The translations under genes were made by a program, and so were the position numbers. A stretch of 64,000 bases of DNA from assembly GCA_951406725.2 (NCBI GenBank), contig OX597814.1, forward strand, positions 128,526,001 to 128,590,000, read 5' to 3'. Below the pieces are notes generated by a model. It was given only the letters and a program-made list of their open reading frames with translations. It had not been told where the DNA came from and ran no database searches. This document shows, one piece after another, positions 12,290-24,381 of the stretch (its first letter is position 1; each line of letters opens with the position of its first letter). The stretch is from Octopus vulgaris (Eukaryota).

Positions 12290-14774
12290 TAATATTACAA
12301 TTATTAAAAATTTGAATATTCATTAAATACCCTAAAGATTAAGGGTAAAATTATAAAATATGTTGTATTTTAAAGATAATGTATGTCTTTGGTCTTTGAA
12401 AGATTTTATTGTTAACAAGAAGGTAACTTTATTCTGCTGTAGGCAAATATTACCCACTGTGATCAAGTTAAAAGAAGGCAGCCAGTTCAATAATTAACAA
12501 TGTAATTAAAACAATTTTACGATGTAATCTATTGAAAATAAACAAGAAAAGAGTAACTTTTATGAAATTATCAACAAGTATATTAACTATCAAGTGAAAT
12601 CTAACTGTTGTTTCCAAATGATTAAGAATTTTGATGAATGACTTTTTTCAAACAGAAAATGAACCCTAAAATTTAAAGGGAATATGTGAATATTTAAGGG
12701 TATCAGGAATTAAAGTTAAATGATAATAACAAAGTGAAACCTTGAAACATTACCATGGCTGCCGAGAACTTACTGTTGCATAACAATACATGATATTTGT
12801 TATTAGGAAACGGAAATTTGTTCTGACTAGATACAAGACTAATTTTAAGGGCAGGAGACATAGTTTATTGAACTGCTATCAAAATATTGCACCCACAGGA
12901 AATAAAACTGATAGTGACTATAGTAATGCTTTCAGTCAGAACTGTAAAGCATCCAAGCCAATTCTCTGCTATGATGATGATGAACAATATAAATGTTGAT
13001 TACATAAAGTATTTGGTAGGTAAGTGTCATAAAGTTTTCAGTATACTTGAATTCCAAATTACTAATTAAAAATAAGTGATGAGGTATATCTAAAAGATGA
13101 ATCTGAAGATGGCTATTATTTTACAGAGTACTGTAATAAATGGAATGAGAAAACATACTGGTCAGTTGTGGAACAGCAAAAATTCATAAACAGCTGTTCA
13201 TACAATTGTAAATAGAATGTGATGTAGGACTTGGGGTCAAGTCAATAACAAAATCTCTATAACGAGACAGGGCTCTTTCAGTGAACTGGTTAGAATATAA
13301 CAATTTACAAATTTTTTAATGAAAAAAGTTGTTTTTCTAGAAGCAGATATTTGATAAATAAAAAAACTGGATTAGTCAATGGTATCACTAAATTATTTAA
13401 AACCAAATAAAAAAATATATTAACAATGATAGTTTTTTGCAGAACTGGGCAGAGAATAGACTGGAAGGAGAGACAAGTGTATAGCTGGCCTACGTATTGA
13501 ATGATGAACATGGATGAACCACTGTTGCATTTCCTTTTGCCATATTTCATTTCAATTTCCTCAAAAGAAATATTTCTCCAAAGTATGGATGCAGTCTAAA
13601 CCGAAAATTTGAGGAAGACTCACAAATCTTTACAGCATCAAAAACAAGTCAACTTGCCCATTACAAAATCCTAATAGGACTGGGGAACCCAATTTTTACA
13701 TACACACAAAGAAAAAGAAAAAAAAGCAGTTCTTTGTTCTATGTCAATAACTTAAGAAAAAAATGTTTCAAAACAATTTAGTTGAATCAACTTATGAATC
13801 TCATGAATTAAAAATACATATTATTTTTTTAAAAATGTTTCAACAATTATGCAGGTTGATTTGACAACTAAATATTACAGAAGTGAGAATAAAGAGAATT
13901 AATTATAGAACATTTAAAGATGAGTGGAGTATTTCACAAACTCCAATTCTTAAGTAATTTTTTTTCCTTCTTTTATAAGGTTTTATGTATTGAATAAAGC
14001 TCTATAGGTTTTTGCCCCCTGGTATCCTTCACGATTTAAAAACTAATTGCTTTCAGAGCAACATATCATTAATTAGGAAGTTAATTGCAGTAAAAAAAAA
14101 AAAAAAAAAAAAAAAGGGAAATCTATCATTAAAACTTATATTCTTTAGTACTCAATAGGAACCAAATATAACAAGGCACTTGACTAACTCAAAACCCCTG
14201 AAGTAAATTTCAGGAAGATATTAACGAAGAGACAGCAGTTTTATAATAGCTTTAAATCTACTTTACAGTACCAGATTGCAAGAGATTTCATTCATAAGAA
14301 TAAAGTGGGAGGTGAGCAGGGGTAGGACGGGGGCGTTAGCCTAATGAATTTTATTTCTTAAAAAAAAAAAAAAAGCCACCCACCATTAGGAATTGTCTGT
14401 TTTTAAATATATTTATATCACTGTAAACAGAATTGCAAAAAATAAAAATAAAAATGTAAAAATAAGAAAATCAAGTTAAAAAAAAACCATTTCTCTGTAA
14501 AGAATAAAAATATTTTATATGTCAAATAAAGATGAAAGTATTAAAAATGTATGAACAGAAATTGAAATGCTTCTTTTTGTGTAAGATATAAATGAGTGGG
14601 GAAAAAAAAAGTTCTGTTCATTCTGATCCTTAATTGTTTAAACTAAAATTTAACATTCTTAGACATTTTTGGTTCCCTGTTAAATAATACTTTAGAATTT
14701 AGAAGTCTTTCCAATAGCAGTTAAATATCCAAGAGAATAAGCTACTAAAGATCACAAAGCCAATTTAAAGGCTC

Positions 14775-16220
14775 TTAACCATCTACTTTGATACTGCTGC
14801 TTGACTGTTCTTTTCTCAATGGTGTGTGGCTAAATCGTAAGTTAAATTTACAAGAGCGTTTTATGCAAACGTTTTCAGCTGAAGTTTCTCCAGAGTCATG
14901 TTTTCTTTTACTGTTGCGATGGTGAGGTTTGGATGATTTGTGATCACCAATTAATTGTTGTTGCCAGGCCAAAAACCGTTTCAGAACGTGCCGTTTTTCG
15001 GAATTACACTTCTTTTCTTTGCTGGTCGGGAACTGCATGCAGTTCAGGGACAAAGTTCTATTTGGAACAGAGTTTGTCTTTCGCTTGCTTCTGGTCGCCA
15101 TTTCTGAAAGCTTTTGAGAAGAGATTTCTTCTGATATGTTTGAGTGGGAATGTTGATTTTGAGTGCTGTTAGCTGACCGTAGGTGAGAGCCACTGCTTTC
15201 AGAAATATTTTGTGTATCGAACAAATGTGAGCTGAAGAAGCGTTTTGTAAGCTTTTCTTTGAAATCAAGTTTACCACGAGATAAAATAGTTTTGTTGGGT
15301 GTGACCTTCTCTTTTAAGGTGACTTTATCACTCAATCTACTTTTACATAGCTTATCATCAATCTTGTGAGTTCGTGTTCTTAACAAATTTGGTCGTAGAC
15401 TAAGCCGCCTTTGAACAAGTGGAGACGTGGATACTGACAAACTACTGAGGGAAAAGTCTTTGCTTTTGACAGCAGTAGTTTCTTTATTTTCACTTGGTGC
15501 AGTGTCATCACAGATATTAGCATTGTGGTCAATTTCTCCAGTCTCAGCACACCGAGAACCATCACTCCCTAGATCACTACTTTCATCATCTTCTTCTCCA
15601 GACAAACATAAAGAAAACCGCATTCTTGATGTACGATACAGTTTGCCAGCAGAAAGATTTTCTGGTTCTTTACAAATAGAAATTTCAGGTGTTATATCTC
15701 CATCTGATGATGTATCTCCTATAGAGGAAGGAGAAGCATTTAAGTTGTTGTTTTCTGAAGATTCAGTGATGGAATTGTGATCAAGAGAGGGGTTAGTCTC
15801 TGAATCAGACCTGCAGTCATTAATGTCAACATTGGATGTGTTAAGTAGTAAGGAATTAACTTTAGTTCTGTCATTTTCTAAAGGCAGGTTTTCTCCCTGA
15901 ACCTTGACCTGTATCTGGCCAGCGGTTATTGGTGTAGCAGTCAGAACAGGTGCATGACACTGACCATTATTAGCATTAGGCAGCAAGTGTTGTTTTAGAT
16001 AAGCATTGATGTCCATGCTCAGTTTGTGTTGTTTGTTTAGCTGTTGGATGTGTTCTTCTCGTCGGCGCCGTAAGCGTTCTAATTTGCTTGGTCCCATAGT
16101 ATCAATCATAACAACAACACAAGTGGTATTATCTGCTTTCAGCATCCGTTCATGCCATTTTTGAAGAGCAAAATTGACTAAGTGTTCTGCTGGGTTATTC
16201 CAGTATGTCAAGGGGGACAA
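14775..16220 (-). CDS. PPM1D: PPM1D/Wip1 phosphatase, terminal coding exon (end of PP2C domain plus long low-complexity/basic C-terminal tail)
   Basis: 481-codon open frame starting exactly at a polypyrimidine-CAG acceptor (ttttcag|TTG at 16220), phase 0. AEHLVNFALQKWHERMLKADNTTCVVVMID matches the PP2C motif-11 region of Wip1 as I recall it (human ...[20 protein letters not shown]). Stop TAA at 14775-14777. Confidence 0.93.
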   Translation of the reverse strand: MSPLTYWNNPAEHLVNFALQKWHERMLKADNTTCVVVMIDTMGPSKLERLRRRREEHIQQLNKQHKLSMDINAYLKQHLLPNANNGQCHAPVLTATPITAGQIQVKVQGENLPLENDRTKVNSLLLNTSNVDINDCRSDSETNPSLDHNSITESSENNNLNASPSSIGDTSSDGDITPEISICKEPENLSAGKLYRTSRMRFSLCLSGEEDDESSDLGSDGSRCAETGEIDHNANICDDTAPSENKETTAVKSKDFSLSSLSVSTSPLVQRRLSLRPNLLRTRTHKIDDKLCKSRLSDKVTLKEKVTPNKTILSRGKLDFKEKLTKRFFSSHLFDTQNISESSGSHLRSANSTQNQHSHSNISEEISSQKLSEMATRSKRKTNSVPNRTLSLNCMQFPTSKEKKCNSEKRHVLKRFLAWQQQLIGDHKSSKPHHRNSKRKHDSGETSAENVCIKRSCKFNLRFSHTPLRKEQSSSSIKVDG

Positions 16221-17741
16221 CTGAAAAAGAAAAAAAAAATTCTATAATAATGAATTTATTGTATAGTGCACAGATGCACAACTTGTCAGAAGAGAAAAGA
16301 CAAAATAGAAGCATCTATTCAAATAAAGAAAGACAACAATAGTAGTTAAAAGTGCATGCACAGTCCACAGACTAAAACAGAAAAAAAAATTCATTCTCAA
16401 ATAAAAATCTCTCCATATTAAAGTGGCTGAGAATGATAAAGCCCAACAATAAAGAGAAGGTAGAGATATTGGAATACATTCTGTGGTTCCTATATTTTAG
16501 TTTTTGGGTTAAAATATGCATAAATAGGTGCAGGAGTGGCTGTGTGGTAAGAAGCTTGCTCCCCAACCACATGGTTCCAGGTTCAGTCCCACTGCGTGGT
16601 ATCTTGGGCTTGTATTTTCTTCTATTGGCTTCTGTTTGCTGAAGTGCTAAGTTATGGGGATGAAAACCAACCAACCAATACCAAATGACAAGCAGTGGGA
16701 AAAAAACACACACATACACATATACAACAACTATGTTTGGTTCAGTTCTCAAGAACATGCAATGACAACATTACATTTGCTTCTTTCAAAAATGCTGCAC
16801 CAAATCTTATCTGTACAACTATGTTTCTGAAACTTATCTGCAAAATTGCTTCTTTTTTGTACAATCCCATATTAGACAAATGTCCAGCAACTTATTCTTT
16901 ACACTCCTGTAACACCAAAGAGCCCTGCTAGGGTACAGGTAATGTCTTATAAGTTTTATTATCATCATCAAACGTCCACTTTCCATGTTTGCATTGGTTA
17001 GACGGAATTTGTTGAGGCAGATTTTTCTACAGCCACATTCTCCTCTTATCACAAAACTGCAACTGTTTTTTAGCAAGGTCATATTTTTTCCATGGAAGAC
17101 TGGAAATGAACAACCTCACTTGCATGATGATAAAACTCATTTACAATAATCATGTGACATCTAGACAAATCCACCTATAAGGTAAGCCCAGAGCTATAGT
17201 AAAAGACACAAAGTGCCATGCAGTGGGACTGAACCAAAGACTACATGATTAGGAAGCAAGCTTCTCAGCCACACAGCCAGATGTCTGCAACTATCTTAGT
17301 TTATATAGAAAAAAACAAAAGCACAATGTATTTTAATTACAAAAAATTAAAAACCAATAGAAGAATAACAGAGTCTTATGCATTTTTGATGGAAACAATG
17401 GTTTAGTCATTGTTAATAATCATCATTGTTCTATGTTGATATTAGTTGGAGAGGTCTACTGTATAACATGCAGCCACTGGGCTCAACATCCAGGGATCCA
17501 ACCTCAATGTTTCTACCAATGAGTACTTTCTAGTGTCAGACATACTATAGGCTACTCCTAGCAGACGTAAGCCAAGAAAAACTTATTTATCTTGTTATGT
17601 GACATTGCTAGATAATAGAAGACACTCTCATCCAAATCCAACCAATAAACTATACACGAAAGTAGTGATAATTACAGAATATAACAACTATTTTGCAGGT
17701 CAATGAATGTAATCATAACTTTATGGTTAGAAACTACTTAC

Positions 17742-17947
17742 TATGTCATTAACTACAAGTTCATCAAACTTTTGTTCGTCTTCCAAAACAACCATGACAG
17801 CTTCAAGGGGAGTCATCATATTCCAAAGGCCATCACTACCCAAAATTAGGCATTTGTCATTCTTGGGAAGAAGGTTGTGGACAGATACATCGGGCATTGG
17901 AGAGATAATGAAGTCTCCATAAGCATAGTTGAAACTCCACAAATCAC
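17742..17947 (-). CDS. PPM1D: PPM1D internal exon (GDLWSFNYAYGDFIISPMPDV...LILGSDGLWNMM...VVNDI)
   Basis: Acceptor tttttcag|GT at 17947, donor ATA|gtaagt at 17742. 206 nt, phase 1 to 0. Contains the PP2C SDGLW metal-binding motif. Confidence 0.95.
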
Positions 17948-18574
17948 CTGAAAAATAGAGATTAAAAAGAAATTTGTTAAAGTTTTCTTGATCCAGAAAG
18001 AATGTTCCATGCATTCAAAATATCAAGTTAATCTTAGAATTTATTAGAACAATAGTGTAGGGCACAAGTAAAAGTGTCAAACTTTTAGGTTTGGTGTCCT
18101 ATTTGCTTCCAAGGTCAAATCAAATCAAAGCGCAACTTAATTCCATTTCCTAGATGCTAAAATAGTTTCTTTGTTGTGTTGTATTAGAACTCAAAATGGT
18201 GAATAGGGGAGGAGCATATTTATGTTCCATAAGTGATTTACCTTTAGAACCACATCCTGCTGTGAGAGACAATGCAACTTTTCAAATATAAAGATTTGCC
18301 TAACAAACAATTAAAAAATATATACAGACAAAGCTAAAAATAACAAAAATCAGAATTAACTTGAAGCTTAAATAGTTAATGCTGACTTTGGAAAAGCAAT
18401 GTTCACAGCTGAAGATTTTTTTTTGCTGTGTTTCGTAAACATGTAAGCTACATGACAAATAAAGTTAACTTTGAATGTAATGCATATTACTAAAATAAAC
18501 TGCTCATATCCCAGTATTAAACACTTTAAACTTTTTATTAGATGATTTAAAAACATATGGCAGTTTTGCATTTT

Positions 18575-18925
18575 ATTAATAATAAAATAATAATAATGAA
18601 ATTATTGTATACAGTGCTCCGGTGCACCACAACTTGTCAAAAGTGCGTATAAAGCATATGCAGTAATGTACAAATGTCTGGAAAGTGAACAGTGTATGAG
18701 TCAGATACATGCTTGCATGTGTATGGAGGGGAAGAAAATCAGGTGTAGTGTTGGCGAATCTCAGGAAGCATGGAAGTTTTGAATGATGCAGTGCTCCAAC
18801 AACTAACAACTGATGCTGGCAGTTTGTTCCATACTTCAGCAACTCTTGGTGTGAAAAAATGTTTCCGAAAGTCATGGGAGCTGTGCTGTTTTCTGACTTT
18901 GTAAACATGTCCACGGGTGTTAAAC
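18575..18925 (-). mobile_element. 3' end of the same CR1/L2-group LINE with an (ATT)n-type tail
   Basis: Aligns by eye with 280-490 (ctcaggaagcatggaagtttt...catgggagctgtgctgttttctgactttgta) and ends in a taa/att repeat. Confidence 0.65.
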
Positions 18926-19143
18926 AGGTGTTATGCAGGATTGATCTGATTCAATAAAACAATCACGTTGCAAACTTGGAAAACTAATTAGTCTTATCAC
19001 ATTAATTTACAGACATGATTTTAATAAAACTGTTTCATCGAAGAATTCTACCAATATACAAACTTGACTTTGTAGAAACAACAGCCAATATTACCCACAA
19101 ATTATACTAAACTATACATGAAAAAAAGAAAAAAGATAATGTG

Positions 19144-20306
19144 CTGGGTCATCCCATAAATAATGCAGTTTTTTTATACTTCTTTTTTTTTTTTTTTTCA
19201 AAATTAAGATAAACAAAGTTCTTTTTAAATCTAAGATATACTCTCCACTTTCTACAATGCTCTTCCATCTATCTGGTAGACTTGCAAGGTTCTTCTTCTA
19301 AAATTCACCTGTCCGTGATGAAATATACTCCTCCAGGAACTGTTCTGACTTTGTCTACAGAATTCATATTTTTTTCTTCCAAATGATTTTGAAGACTGTG
19401 GAATAAATGATAATCAGATGAGGCAATGTCCAGCGAATATGGTGGGTGAGGCATCGTTTCCCATTCAAACTGCTGCAGCCTTTGGAATGTCATCCTTGCT
19501 GTTATGGCTGTGTATTATCCTGATTGAAGAACACCTTTTGTCTTGAAACCAAAGATGGTCGTTTTCCTTCTCATGCTGACTTAAGCCGCTCAAGCTGCTC
19601 ACAGTAGATCTCCTTTGTTATTGTTTGGTTTGGGTTTAAAAGTTCAAAGTAAACCTTTCATATCCCAGGGTCCTGGTGTTTCTCTTTTCCCTACCCACTG
19701 TCTTTGGTGCTTGACATTTTTATAAAGAATCCATTTCTTGTCACCAATCACTATTTGGTCCAAAAAAATGCTCATTTGTGAGGAACCCACTGACCCAATT
19801 TGATGACTTTTCCAATGGCACAAGGTGTCAATGAATAGTTGAATGACCAAATCCAAGCTTCTCTGCTAGTTCCTCAAAAGTTACAAAAGAATTTTGTTCC
19901 ACCAGGGTTTGCATGACGTCTTCGTCAAGCCCTACAGATCTTCCAGGCTGAGGCTCATCTTCTAGGCTGTAGTTTCTGATTTGGAATTTCTGGAACCACC
20001 GCTGATACTGGCTTATGCTTATTGACCAATCCCCATATACTGCATTAATATTCCTTGCACTTTCTGTTGCGTTGTTACCTTTATTGAACTCATAAAGCAA
20101 AAATATGCTGAATATGCTCTTTGTCACTTCCATTATAGCTTTGAAAAAAATAACTGTTAATCAAACTGCACTATTCAAAACTTACACTAAGAATAAGGAC
20201 AGGGTAAAATTACTACCTGCTTTTATAGCAAGTTGGTGCAGGTAGTTTATTCCATCCCCTTAGTTCATGCAATTGAAAAAACTACATTATTTATGGAATG
20301 ACCCAT
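19144..20306 (-). mobile_element. Near full-length degenerate mariner transposon (pseudogenised transposase)
   Basis: TIRs tgggtcatcccataaataatgcagttttt / aaaaaactacattatttatggaatgaccca. Frameshifted ORF pieces give the HTH region (ATESARNINAVYG..RWFQKF..LEDEPQPGR), IVIGDKKWILYKN and HPPYSLDIASSDYHLF. Confidence 0.9.
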
Positions 20307-20623
20307 TAGTTCTATTAACACTATACCCATAAAAAGGGTGGAACAGTCACAAGTGGAATATCTCTGATCAAAGATCTAACCTTGGATTAAATAACCACAG
20401 CAACCTATGGTCTTTAAAATAACTTCATTTTACATTTCAGTCAGCTTTTTGTTCATATTCACTCAAAGACAATTAACTTCTTTATTATATAACTGCATCA
20501 TTCATAGTAACACTCCATCATCGTTTATCTGAGTCAGTGAAGGAATTTCTGCATGATCACTCAGCTTGCTACAAATAACGGTAAATCACAACCTACTGTC
20601 TTTAAAAAAAAGACAGGCACATA

Positions 20624-21020
20624 TAGGCACAGGAGTGGCTGTGTGGTAAGAAGCTTGCTTCCCAACCACATGGTTCCGGGTTCAGTCTGACTGCGTGGCA
20701 CTTTGGGCAAGTGTCTTCTACTATAGCCTTGGGCCAACCAAAGCCTTGTGAGTAGATTTGGTAGACGGAAACTGAAAGGAGCCCATTGTATGTATATGTA
20801 TGTGTGTGTTTGTTATTTGTGTCTGTGTTTGTCCCTCCACCATCACTTAACAACTGATGTTGGTATGTTTACGTCCCTGTCACTTAGCAATTTGGCAAAA
20901 AAAAGAGACCAATAGAATAAGTACTAGGCTTACAAAGAATAAGTCCTGGGGTTGATTTGTTTGACTAAAGGTGGTGCTCTAGCCTAGCCATAGTCAAATG
21001 ACTGAAACAAGTAAAAGAAT
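20624..21020 (+). mobile_element. SINE family A, full length
   Basis: Colinear with 5110-5520. Further partial or decayed copies at ~730-830, 16527-16625, 17180-17280, 26680-26995, 31590-31905 and 33425-33515. Confidence 0.8.
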
Positions 21021-21946
21021 CATAAGAATGCTATGAGAAGGTCATGGTTAGAGTGCCTCTGATAAGTCTGCTAAATCGCAACTGACCTGGGACTAAACAG
21101 CAACAATCTGCTCCTATATTATGTGACTTATCAAGTTTCTCAGAATTTTCTCACATTGCTTTTGTAATAATCATTTTCTGAGAAAACATATTGATGTCAC
21201 TGTATCTAGAGTCAATCTTTACCAGGAAGTTTTACTTTTTACACAACTGAAATTAACCTATTTTTGATATGCCTATTTCTTCCAAGCTAGCATGGGTTAG
21301 ATGAATATGGTAATGAGGCTAGTTGAATGTGATACTGTTTTGCAGTTTGATGTCCTTCCTAAAGCTATTTATTTATTACTGTAGAAACAAAATGGATATT
21401 TGGACATTTTAAAACTTCATCTAATATTGTCAGCTTACCCTCAACCAAGTCTTTAATAGTCATTGTCATTCCATTTAATTTAAAATCTGAAGGCTGTAGA
21501 TGTGGCTCAGACAATAGAGCATTTATTTTCTGGTTTCAGGGTTCAAAACTCACTAAAATTGACTTTACATAACTCTAGTGTTGATTAGAGTAATATGCTA
21601 TTTCAATGCAGTCATAGCTACATTATACCTGGGAAAGAAAAAGCTTGTTTAAAGCTAGAATACATTTGGTTGTAGCTGATCAACCAAATACTTGATCAAT
21701 ATTGACCTGGAGCTAAACAACAAAATTCTATATTTTGAGGTTTGTACATGATCATTATCATTTCATATCCATTTTATCATTCTTGCAGGTCTTGGCTGGG
21801 TCTTCTTCAATAGTGTCTTGCAGTCTTCACCACTTCTTCACATATCTTCCTCTTCTGTTAATCCTTTGGTTTTTGATTTCTAGACACTTTTTCCATCTTG
21901 TATGCATCACATATCTATTCTCTTTCATGCATCTAATTCGGCTTAA

Positions 21947-22167
21947 CCCTTTCATTACCAACCCGGATGAAACCGGCTCTGGCTCTTTAGTACAAATGTC
22001 TTATTTTCATAAGTTTTGAATTAAAATCTTCCACCAAACCGTAGTCACAATTTATGTTCCTAACACGAGCTTAATGATAACGAAGTTATTTTACTAAATT
22101 CTTTGTTACATCTAAAATAATTAAAGGAATCACAAAGCATCTCAAAATAAATACGGTAACGAAAGGG
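21947..22167 (+). mobile_element. TTAA MITE family 2 (TIR CCCTTTCGTTACC-like)
   Basis: TTAA-CCCTTTCATTACC...GGTAACGAAAGGG-TTAA, 221 bp. Confidence 0.8.
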
Positions 22168-22437
22168 TTAAACCCAGTTTTCTCTCAACTGATTTCTCCT
22201 CCATCCCATATGGTTGCTAACATTACCCAATCTCGGACATCAGACTCACTCCATTTGTCTTACCTTTGCTCATCCTCTGTACTCAATGCTTGTGCTTCAC
22301 TACCATGTAACAAAACATTTAATACAAAAACAGCATACAATGTCCTTCATCTGGTAAAAGAACATCTTTGTTGGCAACAGAAGCAATAGCTCAAATAAAA
22401 CAAATCAAAACAATAAAAGCCCTTGAGATTGACTTAC

Positions 22438-22618
22438 CTAAAGAACGTGCCACAGCCAAAAAAGGTATCTTGTCCGTAACTGTGCTACGTCTAATAGGTC
22501 CTTTGTGAGTAAGCTTAGGCCGGTTCCACACCACCCTCTGTACACCAGCTTTAGTTACAACTTCACCGCCACAATCTTCTATTCGTTTACGTTCTTCAGG
22601 ACATTCGGGTTTGTGATC
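22438..22618 (-). CDS. PPM1D: PPM1D internal exon ([61 protein letters not shown])
   Basis: Hand-translated, not in the ORF track. cag|GAT acceptor, G|gtaagt donor, 181 nt, phase 0 to 1. Includes the Wip1-specific basic B-loop (RVVWxRPxLTHxGPxRRST). Confidence 0.96.
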
Positions 22619-22787
22619 CTGTGAAGGATAAAATTAAAACATAAGATACATTTAAAATATTTTAAGTTTTTGTATTGCAACAATTATAAAGCTACATATT
22701 GTTCAATTAATTACTAGTAAAAAGATGAGGGTGTACATTTTTCTGAGAAAAGGCAGAATTGATTTTATTGACTCCACTACTGAAGTA

Positions 22788-23137
22788 AAGGAAAGAAAGG
22801 ACTCCCCTTCAGTCATGAATGACCATGGGATTGCACCTAGAAAGTAACCCTCTGAGGTACAAGTCTGGGCAAGGTTGTTCATGGACAACCAGCAGTTGCC
22901 CATCCATACCAGCCTCCCCTCTCCATGCCACCAATGTTATCCAATGGAAAGGCAAAGGCCAATACAGCTTGGCACCAGTGATGTTGCAACTCATTTCTAC
23001 AGCTGAGTGAACTGGAGCAATGTGAAATAAAGAGTCTTGCTCAAGAACACAACATACAGCCTACTCCAGGAATCAAACTCACTACCTCATGATTATTTGC
23101 CTTGACACTCTAATCACTGAGCCATGCATCTTCACAG
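22788..23137 (-). mobile_element. SINE with a family D-like head and an RTE-like 3' tail
   Basis: TSD tactgaagta (22778-22787 / 23138-23147). Shares tgtgttcttgagcaa..tttcacattgctccagt with 10348-10602, then diverges. Confidence 0.7.
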
Positions 23138-23780
23138 TACTGAAGTAGTGCTTATTTTATCAATCTGCAAAGATAAAAACTAATTTGATTTATGTTGGAT
23201 TTAGACTCAGAATGTAACTAATATATTTATGTATTTTGTTTTGCAAGATTCTTGATGTGAAACTGTGAGTTGAAACAGATATTGCTATATTTGGGGATGT
23301 TATTTGCTATTTGGCATACACACACACAAAGATTATCTCCAAATATGACAGTAATTAATATAATTATTGATGAAATTGTCCCAAAGATTTAATTTTTGTG
23401 TACTGTAACAAAGGTAGCTAACTTTAGAACCCATCTCTCTCCTAGTTATTGACCTACAAATACAATTAGCAGCACTGTTGTTTTAACATCCACTTTCTCA
23501 TGTATTGGGCCAGATGGAGTTCATTGAAGCAGATTTTCTATGGCCAAATGCCCTTCCTGTCACCATCCCATATCTGTTTTCAAGCAAGGTTAATATTTAC
23601 ATGGCCAGACATATTTCTGCAGAATAGTGGAAATGAATGGTGTTCATTTACAACAATCCCATGATTTCAGCACAAGAAGACACACACACACACACACACA
23701 AGCTTCTTTCAGTTTCTATCTACCAATCCACTCACAAGGCCTTGGTTGGTCTGGGGCTATATTAAAAGACAATAACTTAA

Positions 23781-24381
23781 CCCTTTAGCATTTAAACTGG
23801 CCATATCAGACCCAAATTTTCTAGCTGTTTTATATTCAAATTAGCCAGTTCTTGCCTCTCATACTGACACTACAGTGTCATTCTAAAAATTAACAGTCAC
23901 ATCATCAAAATCTCAAAGCTATAAGATTATGAATGATTAATTCGAAAAATCATCACCATCATCATTTAACATCTGTTGTCCATGCTGGCATGGATTGGAC
24001 AGTGACTGGGCTGGCACACTGGAAGGCTGTGCCAGGCTCCAGTCTGATTTTACATGGTTTTCTATGGCTGGATGTCCTTCCTAACACCAACCACTCCAAG
24101 AGTGTAATGGGTGCTTTTACATGCCATTTGCATAACACCGGTATCTGCCACGACTGTGGTTTTGCTTGGCTTGATGTGTCTTCTTCTCAAGCACAACATA
24201 ATGCCAAAAGTCTTGGTCATTGCCTTTGTGGGGCCCAACGCTCTCAAAAGGAACTCAACCACCTTGCCTCTGTGAGGCCCAACACTTGAAAAAAACTCAG
24301 CCACTTTGATTCCATGAGGCCCAATGTTCAATGTGACTAGATAAGCCGTAGATTTGACTGAGTAATCTGAATACTAAAGGG
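23781..24381. mobile_element. TTAA MITE family 1, interrupted by a (GAT)n-tailed repeat and itself inserted in a tRNA-SINE
   Basis: Left end TTAA-CCCTTTAGCATTTAAACTGG, right end CTGAATACTAAAGGG. Insert at ~23950-24330. The SINE sequence resumes at 24382 (ccaaagtgtcatgcag). Confidence 0.7.

Noticed and set aside
14933-15780. Overlapping or antisense ORFs within the PPM1D last exon (and antisense ORFs within the PLEs)
   Set aside because: Shadow frames of real coding sequence with no recognisable motifs.
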